Positions 52,725-64,000 of a DNA stretch of 64,000 nucleotides are shown here, one piece after another. Each line of letters opens with the position of its first letter. Within the stretch, counting starts at the first letter, position 1. Under the pieces are notes generated by a model. It did no database searches. It was not told where the DNA came from and worked only from the letters and a program-made list of their open reading frames with translations. The stretch spans positions 4,720,639 to 4,784,638 of the forward strand of contig CAVNZM010000011.1 in the NCBI GenBank assembly GCA_963693365.1. The letters are read 5' to 3'. This DNA is from Amoebidium appalachense (Eukaryota; Protista; Ichthyosporea). The position numbers and the translations under genes were made by a program.

Positions 52725-53631
52725 ATGTCATTACTATCTCGCGCCCTGGCCGCCGTGCGCTTGGCCGGCCTTCTCACTCTCACCAATGCCGCGCCGTTCA
52801 CCTTCTGCTACTACAGCAACGGACCGGAGGAATGCCAAATGAGTCCTGAAGTCGGAGTGTGCAAAGACGTGTGATGGTCGAGCTGTGTGGGCGTGGCGGC
52901 AACGTGAGGATTGAACGACCCGAACAATAACAACTACGTAGTGTTTACAACCACAACCGGCAGTGACAATTTCACCATGGTGTTCTACAGCGACTCGGCA
53001 TGCCAATTAACTACCGGCTTTTCCAGCATTGGCGCCTACTTCAACAACTGCGATTCGAGCAACGTGTTCCTCGGATATAAGAGGCCTTGCAGCGGGCCCC
53101 GACCCCACCCCCACCCCCACACCAACCCCCAGCCCCACACCACCCCCCACACCAACCCCAACTCCAGCCCCCAAACCCACCCCCGCACCAGCCCCCGCAC
53201 CCACCTCTTCAGCACGCACGTCGGCGTCATCTGCGGTCACCACTTTGTCATCACGCACTCCCACGAGCAGGGCGGTGTCTTCAACCACAACCAATCCATC
53301 CACATCAACTGTAAAGCCCACGCCCAAGCCAGCACCTACACCGGCGCCATCGCCCATTGTCACCGGGCTCATTAGCTGTGCCATTGTCGTGAAGTGTGCA
53401 GCCTACAAGCCCGACCCCAAGACATGCGGGGTGATGCGCTGCAACGCTGGGGTGAGCTGGAACACAACAATGCCGTGCACCGAAAACTACTGCTGCTTCA
53501 CGCCCGGAACACGTGGCAACCGTCTATCTCTGGACTGCCCACTGGGAACAAGGCGCACGACAAAAACATGCAAGCTGTGGGCGGGGTCGACCGAGGCGTG
53601 CTGCAAGGACTACTGCTGCAAGAAAATGTAA
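52725..53631 (+). pseudogene. Intronless secreted Cys-rich / PT-repeat protein gene (~301 codons) with two in-frame TGAs and a frameshift
   Basis: Signal peptide MSLLSRALAAVRLAGLLTLTNA. TGA at 52872-52874 and 52905-52907, in frame with ORF 52911. An extra base at GGGCCCC (~53094-53100) precedes the PTPTPT stalk and the Cys-rich tail (NYCC...ACCKDYCCKKM). Confidence 0.75.
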
Positions 53632-54510
53632 GATGGACCGGGTGCACAATCGATGTATTCGGGCAAATCAAACAGACAAGTTTAGAGTGTGGTGACTCTG
53701 ATAGTTACTCATATAAAGCTCACACGGCAATCATTAAGTCATCATATGCATCTTACATAAAGGTAGCTGCCCACTGATCTAGTGCTTTAAGTTAGTTGTA
53801 AAAAATTGCCGGTGGTTTCATGATTATTTCAACAAAGGCTTCAACATTGTCGCACAATTCCCACGGCATGCTGCGGAACACTGAGGGGACCGTGAGCTGC
53901 TTATTTTCGTAACGTTCCCGCGCCCTGGGATGAGTGATAACAGTCAGACTAGTAATAAAGTTGGTAACACTTCTCAGCTAGTGATGATGATCATAATAGT
54001 GAGTGCTGAATTTGCGCACACCGCGTGACTCATGAGTGGTTCCTCGAAGATTTGTTAACGTTTACTGTGAATGCAGTTGTTAACGTTGTATGGCCTGAGT
54101 GCTGAAACTGGTACGATATACATATATACATATAAAGAAGTGTAGATTAAGCAACTGCTGATTAGCTTTGCAGTCATATGATGTAATACCGTATAATAAT
54201 TACACACAGACACACATTGAACACGTAGTACCGTACGACTTTGCGCACCCAGACCTACCACGCCAACACAAATGGTGTGTGTGTGCGTGAATCCCGTGTC
54301 TCATACTGTACGACTGTTGCACATGCACGTGTGTTATTGATTGTGTATTTCACGTTGCTCATTCACGAACGTGTGCCGGTACGGCCCGTCCTGCAGTGTG
54401 TATGTGTTTATTAAATGTGGATCATGGTATGCTTTCAGATATGAATGTGCGTGTGTGTGTGTTAATAACCGTTTACCTACTGTGACCGTGTTGTACAGGT
54501 GTCGGGCCTA

Positions 54511-55017
<507 letters not shown>

Positions 55018-55029
55018 CCGCCCTCCCAC

Positions 55030-55079
<50 letters not shown>

Positions 55080-55258
55080 AGTCTTCGTTGTCCACTGATT
55101 ATATTGTCTTCTGCAAAGGACCCTGAAAGTCGGATTTGGAAACAGGTGGTGCACCGAGGAAGGGGGGGGGGGGGGAGAAGCCGGGGGAGGGGGGTGGGGG
55201 GTGGGGAGGGGGGATTGGAGGGGGGGGGGGGGGGGAAGGGGGGGGGAGGGGGTACACA

Positions 55259-56239
55259 AGGGCCCAACCACATCGGCAGAGTCAACTTGCAAAAAGCAAA
55301 ATTATTCTGCTCCTAGCTTCTAGCAGAGTTAATCTGCAAAAAGCAGAATTAATATGCTTAAAATTTTGGCAGAATTATTCCGCAAAAACAGAATCACTCT
55401 GCTTCTAGCAGAATTATTCTGCTTTTAGCAGAATAATTGAATTATTCTGCTTTCTACAGCAGAATAACTCTGCTTATAGCAGAATAAAATTGCTTTTGAG
55501 TTAACTCTGCTTTTAGTAGCAAGTTGAATCTGCTTTTAGCAGATCAATCCTGCCAACCATATTTAGCAAATTGGTTCTGCCAATTCTGCTTTGGCCGAAT
55601 AATTCTGCTTTTGCTGAATAATTCCGCTTTTAGCAGATGAATTCTGCTTCAAGTTGCTGAATAATTCCGCTTTTAGCAGATGAATTCTGCTTCAAGTTGC
55701 TGAATAATTCTGCTTTTTGCAGATTGATTCTGCTCGGAGCAAGTTGACTCACCGACGTAGTTGGGCCCTCTACATACTTCGGCTTTGAATACAGTTATTC
55801 TGCTCGCGGCAGCAGAATACACCTGCTCCAAGAAAAATAATTCTACCTCCTGCTTTTTGCAGAAAGATTCTGCTTTTAGCAAGGTGATTTTGCTTTTAAA
55901 GTTAGCATACAGTATTATTTCCACATGTGTTCTGCCTTTGCAGAATAACTTCTCTTTTGCTGAAAAATGTTGCGAAGAACTTCAAAGAGACAGAATGATT
56001 CGGCTTCTGCATAATAACTCTGCTATTGTTGTATTCTTTTGCATTGGGCAGAAACATTCTGCTTTCAGCAGAAATGATTCTGTTTTTAGCAGGAAAAGTC
56101 TGTTTTTGGCAGAACAGCTCTGCTTTTTTCAGATTATTATAAGGCATCACAGAACAATTTTGTTTTTCGCAAAATAAGTCGGCTCTTAGCCGATAGTTCT
56201 GCTCGGAGCACTTTTATTCTGCCGATAGTTTTGGGCCCT
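55259..56239. mobile_element. GCAGAA-rich MITE-like element with AGGGCCCAA termini and two right ends
   Basis: Left end AGGGCCCAACCACATCGGCAGAGTCAACTTGC. Inverted matches end at 55769 (GCAAGTTGACTCACCGACGTAGTTGGGCCCT) and 56239 (TCTGCCGATAGTTTTGGGCCCT). There is an internal ~42-bp tandem at ~55611-55710. No TSD was seen. Confidence 0.7.
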
Positions 56240-56343
56240 CACCTCTTCCCCCCTCCCCCCCCCCCCCCTCCCTCTCCCCACAACCTCCCCCAACCCCCTC
56301 CTCTCGCTTTCTCCCCTCCCCCCCCCCCCCCCCCCCCAACACT

Positions 56344-56417
<74 letters not shown>

Positions 56418-56516
56418 AGAGATGCAGTAGAGAGATAGTGAGAGAGAGACAGACAGACAGGGAGAGACAGAGAGAAAGAGAGAGAGAGAGAAAGGGAGCG
56501 AGAGAGAGAGAGAGGG

Positions 56517-56746
<230 letters not shown>

Positions 56747-56907
56747 GGGGGGGGAGAGAGAGAGAGAGAGATGCTCGGAGGGAGGGAGGGAGGGGGGAGG
56801 GGGAGACAGGGAGGGAGGGATGGAGGGAAAGAGAGGGTGGTTCGGTGGAGGAGGGGCGGGGGAAGGGAGAGAGAGAACGGGGAGGGGGGGGGGGGGGGGG
56901 GGGGGGG

Positions 56908-56942
<35 letters not shown>

Positions 56943-57443
56943 CTGGGAGGGAGGAGGCTTGGGGGGAGAGAGCCGGAGAGAAAGGGAGGGAGAGAGGGAG
57001 GGAGGGAGGGAGAGAGGGAGAGAGAGCAAGGGCACAAATATGTAAGAGAAAGAGAGAGCAAAGGCACAAATATGTCTGTACATTCTGTGCACCCACCGTT
57101 TTACAAAAACGAAAAACGAATAGCTCTACAGAATGACTGCACACACTGGCCACACAGTAAAACACAATGCACACACGTGCTCCTCTCCCCCCTCCCCCCC
57201 CCCTCCACCCACATACCCACCCTCCCAATATCCACACCCACTCCACCCCACCCCATACCACATCCTACCCCCCCCCTCCAGTGGGCTCTAGCGAGAGACT
57301 ATGATCATGAAAGATCCTCCCCACATGAAGTATCAATTACGGTCGTTCGTACAAGTCACATGTCATCTAGGACGGTCGAGGTGAAGCCGCACGAGTCCTG
57401 GTATTCCTGGTATTTACCATATATGGTGCGAGCGTGTTCTTAG

Positions 57444-57537
57444 CCAATTGGAAGTCTTGTGTCGAACCAATAGTAGTAATTTACTTGTTCCTGTATGGAC
57501 CAATCAGATTGTCGTGTCTATTTGTAGTCTGGCCAAT
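57444..57537 (+). promoter_or_regulatory. Cluster of four CCAAT boxes, the last three spaced exactly 33 bp apart
   Basis: CCAAT at 57444, 57467, 57500 and 57533 in NF-Y-like contexts (GACCAATCAG, GGCCAATCAC). No downstream gene was identified. Confidence 0.35.
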
Positions 57538-57729
57538 CACATTTCTGTGTGTTCTCCAGTCGATGTGAATCCGTCCTTGCGAGAGGAATTCATACGTGAG
57601 ACGCACAGCTGACGGGTCTCAATCAGTAAAGTGTGCCATCAAATTCATGGAGTGCTACTTTCACACCACTGTGACTCTGCCAGTGCTAATGTTTCATTTT
57701 CCCATCTGCCCCTCCCTCACTTCGCGCCC

Positions 57730-57771
<42 letters not shown>

Positions 57772-57879
57772 ACACACACACAGCACGAGTCACAGACTGA
57801 ATGACATCACCCGATGATAACCACCTCGTCAAGCCGACCACACACATACCAACTTGCCGTCTATCCCCCCCCCCCCCCC

Positions 57880-57914
<35 letters not shown>

Positions 57915-58050
57915 CCGCCCGCCCCGGCCCCACCAAACACACACACACACACAACGCACGGACACACACACACACACATGCACACACACACACACATACA
58001 CAAACACACATACACGCACACAAACACATGCGCACGCGTGTACACAAAGC

Positions 58051-58104
<54 letters not shown>

Positions 58105-58833
58105 AAGTGCTTCGCATAAGATTTGTGCAAATAGGGGCCCTAAATATGATTCCATAAAAGACACCCCCCACCCCTTTCAAAAACGCAGGATCTTCTACCT
58201 TCTGCTCTGACGGACATTATAACAACAAATTTGGTGCTTTGCCTACGTGTGCACTATCGGATGCTAGCGGTTTCCTTTCTTTTCTGCTCTTTTCTTCCGT
58301 CCCTTTTCTTTTTCAGGTTTTTGTTTTTTCTTTCTTTCTTTGTGTGTTTGGTCATGGTGTTCGCCGGATTTCGATGTGGAAGGGGGGGGGGGGGGGGGGG
58401 GGGGGGTGGTATGGGAGCAGAAGCTCTAATACTGTGGGTATCCTCCGGGAAAGGTAGCGGCAGTCAACTTTTCAGTTATTCATTTTTAATATTTTCCGTT
58501 TTGTGGGGGGGGGGGCGGACGGGTGGCATGTGTCTCTCCCTCTCTCTCTGTCCACACACACGTGTCTGTTAATGTGTGTGTGTCACTGTGTCACTGTGGC
58601 CGTGTCACGGTGTGTGTGTGTGTGTGTGTTTCTGTGTGTGTGTATGTTTGTGTGTGTGTGTGTGCGTGTGTGTGTGTGCATACGTGTGTAAGTGTGTGTG
58701 TGTGCATGTGTACTAGTGTGTGTGTGTACATGTGTGGGTGTGTGTGTGTGTGTGTGTGGTGTGTGTGTGGTGTGTGTGTGTGTATGTGTGTGTGTGTGTG
58801 TGTTTCTGTGTGTGTGTGTGTGTTTGAGTGTGT

Positions 58834-58934
58834 ATGTTGTAGAGGGGAAATAGAGGGGAAATAGATGACACAGAGTGATAAATAATAATAATCGGGCTGG
58901 TTGACCATATATTTATAGATTATACCGTGTACAA
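58834..58934 (-). mobile_element. Copy B: 101-bp 5'-truncated copy of the (CA)n-inserted repeat, with 14-bp TSD
   Basis: Two mismatches to 51789-51889; flanked by GTGTTTGAGTGTGT at 58820-58833 and 58935-58948 within a (GT)n tract. Confidence 0.88.
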
Positions 58935-59002
58935 GTGTTTGAGTGTGTGTGTTTGCGCGCGTGTGTGGGCATGTGTGTGTGTGTGTGTGTGTGCATGTGT
59001 AC

Positions 59003-59039
<37 letters not shown>

Positions 59040-59098
59040 CGTGCGCGTGCGCGTGCGTGTGTGTTTGTGTGTGTACGCCCGGGTCAATGTGTGTATGT

Positions 59099-59129
<31 letters not shown>

Positions 59130-59175
59130 GGGGGGGGGCAAAGACCTAAAATCTCCTGTGAGAAGCAGAAATATT

Positions 59176-59231
<56 letters not shown>

Positions 59232-60052
59232 CGTGCGTGTGTGTGGGCGTGTGTGTGTGTGTGGTGTGTGTGGTGTGTGTGTGTGTGTGTGTCACGGTGT
59301 GTGTGGGCGTGTGTGTATTGGTGTATTTGTGTGTGTATGTGTATGTGTGTGTGCGTGTGTGTGCGTGTCCGTGTGTGTGTGTGTGTGTGCATGTGTGTGT
59401 GGCTGTGGCACCTTCCCCCTCGCCCCCTTCTCTTTCTTGTTTTTGTTTTTTTTGGGGGGGGAGGGTATACCCTTAGGATTCCCTCTTATGATAACAACTA
59501 CAGTATGTTTACGAGTTTGTCGTCAGCACATTACGTCTGATCTCTCTGGTTCGTGTTCTATTGTTTTTCTCTTTACCCCCCCCCCCCCCCCCCCCCCCCC
59601 CTTTTTATTTTGCCCCCTCCCCCCTTCTCCTCTCCCCTTTCTCCTCCCACTGAGCCAAACACCCACCCATGGCACCCCCTCACATGAACAAACCGTATCA
59701 CTTCCCTTGAATTCCTTGGCATTTTTTTTTTGTTTTCCTTTGTTCCCACAAGAACCTGTTAATAAATAACACCATATCTTTCGTCTTTTTAATACACCAG
59801 AGGACATTAACGGTACTTTAACCCTGCCATGCAGGGTAGGCCTAAAATGAGCCGAAAAAATGGGGGGTGAAGGTGGGCCCGGGGTGTTGATGTATTGGAA
59901 GAAGGTAAAGGGCCTGAGAATGTACGTGTTTCTTTCAGTGCCTGTTTTTTTGTGTTGCATATCGAGACATTTGTGTGTGTGTAATGAACAGAGTGTCGCA
60001 TTCGGTGTAACATTGTGTATGTGTGCGCGTGTGTTTTCGCACCGTGCTCGTG

Positions 60053-60086
<34 letters not shown>

Positions 60087-60140
60087 ATGTGTACTGTGAC
60101 AGTGTGTGTGTCTGTGTGTGCCTCTGTGAGCTGTGTGTGT

Positions 60141-60895
60141 ATGTTGTAGATGGGGAAGTAGATGACACGGAATGATAATTTAATGATACTCGGGCTTGGT
60201 ATACCATGTATTTATAGCTAGGTAAATTTATAAAACCGTGTACAGGCAGTGTGAATAGAACCAGTGAGCTTACAAGGGCGAACTGCCAACGTTAGTTACA
60301 CCAAAATGAACGGTGACCTAAGGAGCGCATCACCACACGTTCATTTGCTAAGCGTTGGTCTAGAATGTAAAAATACACACTAGCGGACTTAGTCCCTGCC
60401 TTAGGCGTCCCATGCAAGTAGCCGCTTGATATGCGAATCCCAAGTAGCTATATGCGAAGCAGTTTAGGGTGATTCTACCGAGAGTGACCAGATCGGAAAT
60501 GCATATGCGAACTGGTTCGAGCCGGTGTATGGCTATGTGTTATAGTGGACACTGTATAATCAATGGTACACGGTAAGTGAGGTTTCAATGGTCAAACAAA
60601 CCTTATTGTGTCCGAAATTCAATAGCGTGGGCTAATCAGCGAATCTGATAGGTCATAACTCAATAGCGGGGGTACATTCAAGGGATCTTATTATTATTTT
60701 TTTTTTTTTACACACTTTTTATTGCGTGGACACTGCCGGAGGCCCAGTCACATTCGACGGCCTACTGCGTTTTCCAGATCTTATTATCATATCTAAATGT
60801 GATGCATTCGGGCCATTACATTGGGTGAAGATAAAAACAACATTCTTGAATAACAGCTATATCGTGAGGAATTAATATCTAGTAAACCCATAAAA
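60141..60895 (-). mobile_element. Copy C: longer, more diverged copy of the (CA)n-inserted repeat (5' end may extend further)
   Basis: The reverse complement is colinear with 51285-51889, with identical core blocks (GGGACGCCTAAGGCAGGGACTAAGTCCGCTAG; AATGAACGTGTGGTGATGCGCTCCTTAGGTCACCGTTCATTT) and the same 3' junction CTACAACAT|ACACAC. Confidence 0.8.
60695..60776 (-). mobile_element. 82-bp poly(A)-tailed retro-insertion nested in copy C
   Basis: 11-bp TSD GATCTTATTAT (60684-60694, 60777-60787). The minus strand ends ...CGCAATAAAAAGTGTGT-A13. Copy A has a single ATAAGATC at the matching site (~51412). Confidence 0.85.
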
Positions 60896-61144
60896 ACTCC
60901 AGAAATGAGAAAAGGTTGGAAAATATTGAATTTTTAAAGAAATGACTAAAGAAATTACATATCTATCTATGGAAGCGGCGCCGGGTGTGTGTGCGCGGTG
61001 CCGGGTGTGTGTGCGCGAAGGTGAGAATTCGGTATGGTATTTGGGAATGTGGTCATGTTGTTGTGGATTGTGATCAAAGTGTAGCGAACGATCGCGATCG
61101 GATATTAATAGAGATGAAAATAGGGAGGGAGAGAGGGAGAGAGA

Positions 61145-61327
<183 letters not shown>

Positions 61328-61500
61328 CAAAAGAAACAGAAAAAAGAAAAGAAAAAGAAAAAGAAAAAGAAGTGTGTGTGTGTGTGTGATTGCGTGTGTG
61401 ATTGTGTGTGTGTGTGTGTGTTTATATAGTATACTATGATATATATATACTATAGTGTATACATCATACATGTGTGTGTGTGTGTGTGTGTGTGTGGCAC

Positions 61501-61562
<62 letters not shown>

Positions 61563-61600
61563 ATGTGTACGTACCGCAACGGGTGTGCACGTAGACGCCT

Positions 61601-61636
<36 letters not shown>

Positions 61637-63466
61637 TGCGTGTGTGTGCACGGTGTTCACGCGTGGTGTCGTGTGTGTGTGTGTGCGCGCCGCACGGCGT
61701 GCCGTGTCACGTGCGCGTACGTGGGCCAGCTCCCAGCATTTGTGCACGCGCGTGGGCGTGGGACGTGTATGAGCTACACCATGAGATTTGCAGTTCTCTC
61801 TGTTCAATTGACAAAGACGTACGATGTTGGCAACACTTTGTTGCCAAGATGGCTGTGATGGTCATTGACGTCTTCGAGGGCAGAGAAATCAGCCTGGCGG
61901 AAGGGTGCAATGATCCCCTCACTCTGCTGACGTCCGAGGCAGGCGGTCTTCGGAATTCCGAGTTGTCGTGGATCTACGCAAAAATGTTTTTTATTGGATT
62001 TTATTTCGATTATCAACGCAATTTCGCTATGTACAGTATTACTTTTGCCTCTGATCCCATATATTGAACAGTATCCAAAATGCTCATGATTACCTCTACG
62101 ATGTGCTTCATGAACACACACATGTACACACCCCTCAGTCTCTCCTCAAAGGCCTACACTGTCTGGCTGTCGCTGAGACAGTATTAGGCAATAAGGCCTA
62201 CAACTTGTTACAAGACACGTGGGCCTTACCGACGCTAAGCTATTCAATAGTGCTCGCTGAGCTCACGACGGCTTCGAACATGTACAGGCTTCCAGGAATC
62301 CAGGCCGTTTATCCCTATTAGTCTTATATGGCTAATTTTGAAGATTCCTGATGTTGAACGCTGATATGAACATTCCACAAGATAAGAATGTGTGTTTTGA
62401 TTGGAGAAAACTCCTCTGACGCATATCGGCCGAAAGACTCTACACTCTTATGATTTTGTTTCTCCCTAACACGGCCATCTAGAAACACCAGGCCGTCTAA
62501 CGCGATTAACATTCCCGGGATAATGACATTTTAATGACATTTTAACCAAAAAGGCTATTCTGCATTCCACAAGGGGGTGCGGCCTACTTTTCATGGCAAC
62601 CGCGTATCCAGACGATTATGTAATCGTGCATTGAATTTGAAGATCCGAATCGGGTCACACCACGGCCCGTAATGCAGCGCTTATCATTTGTAAATAATAT
62701 ATAATCATTTCGAATCGGGCTGAAAGAAAAGCCCGGGTATCGCGGAGAAAACTCCTGCACTTGCCGTACAAACAAAAGCAAGAGTAAGCTGTTTTTCTGC
62801 TCCACTTTTTTTGTCTTGTTGTTGTTGCGAGCACTTTGGGCCACTTTGGGCATATAATGAGAACAAAATAATCTATCTAACATATACCTTCATTTGCAAG
62901 GATGGCATACGGCAACTGTTATGGCTGGTAGACCCAGATCCGTTCCGGTTTCTCTCTGTTCCCGCCCTCCCTCCTCTCACTTTTTGGCGAGCGGACCTCA
63001 AGCGTTAGCGTGTTGTTGCTCAGTCCTCGCGACTGTACGGGTTTCCACTTTTCGGTGAAAGTCGCTACTATATGGCATTGCATGGTGCAAAGCTCTTCAT
63101 TATAACAGCAGCATCGGCGGCAAAACACCTTGGAAATGTGGTGAGTACAAGAGCCCTCTTGTCGCTCCATAACCCCTAACAACCGGCACCGGTCTCCCGG
63201 ACGGCCCTGTTTGAGTTTCTTTATGTCCCTTGTTACCAAGTATTTTTGTCACAACTCTGACATAAAAGGATAACCGTTGTATTTTCTATTGTCTTTTTGC
63301 TGATCATGACCCCTCTATTATACAGACCAACTACCAATGTACCTGGGTTCAAACACGACATCTCTATCTCAACGTTTTACCTAAGCCTAAGCCATGTTTT
63401 TCCAGTTACTGTTTTGGTTGGAATGTTTGATACACGTGTGTAAGTTCGTGCCTCTCTCTGCACACA

Positions 63467-63528
<62 letters not shown>

Positions 63529-63552
63529 TATCCCAAAGCTCACACACACTCA

Positions 63553-63584
<32 letters not shown>

Positions 63585-64000
63585 ACACATACACACACTC
63601 TGTATCTATGAATTTATGTGGATATATGTATATGTATATACGTATTTATATATGTCCAAACTGCATTTGTTGAAAACTACTACGGCACGAGGGCTATGAG
63701 CTGCGCATCGACACCTCGATCCTCGATCCAATCAACTGGCGCCTGTCTTCCTCGTTTCAGGTCATTGGCGAAGTTAGAGTAGAGCCTGTGCGTGCCCCCC
63801 CCCCCCCCCCAACTACTACTACTCAGAGCTACACCTGCACTTCAGCGTGCAGGTTATCAGCTAAAGTTGCTTGGTTATTCAACATGCTATGCCCGTTTGT
63901 TTTTATATTCACAACACGTTGTCTCTACTTTTGCACTACATCTACCCGTTACACATCTATTTTGCCCATAATCACTGCCGCCTTCCTTTCCTGCTGATCG

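Noticed and set aside
52872-52907. Selenocysteine reading of the two in-frame TGAs
   Set aside because: No redox-motif context, no SECIS recognised downstream, and a frameshift plus apparent Cys losses in the same gene favour pseudogenisation.
61780-63300. Non-repetitive short ORFs near the right edge
   Set aside because: No recognisable motifs or consistent splice model could be built; a gene or relic may be present but cannot be supported.

Overview
Eukaryotic genomic DNA (GT-AG introns, standard code; organism not identifiable from this window). Introns and spacers are saturated with poly-G/poly-C, (GT)n/(CA)n and (GA)n tracts, so almost all of the supplied six-frame ORFs are repeat artefacts. 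Splicing by hand gives four multi-exon genes: the 5' part of an ABCC/MRP transporter (-), a bacterial FtnA-type ferritin with a mitochondrial-presequence-like first exon (-), an FHIT-type HIT hydrolase (-) and a divergent MBD/TAM-like gene (+). There are four intronless loci: a SAP-domain protein, a secreted 3xKazal mucin-like protein, a disabled F-box-LRR-linker-histone(H15) fusion and a disabled secreted Pro/Thr-rich Cys-rich gene. Two orphan FGGY kinase exons lie in opposite orientations. Mobile DNA includes a hAT-type MITE with an 8-bp TSD, a 28-bp palindromic mini-element and GCAGAA-rich MITEs. The most notable repeat is a family of three differently 5'-truncated copies of a tail-less, structured retroelement. 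All three end in ...CTACAACAT at a (CA)n microsatellite, and one has a clean 14-bp TSD. All calls are from manual reading and recalled family motifs; no searches were run.
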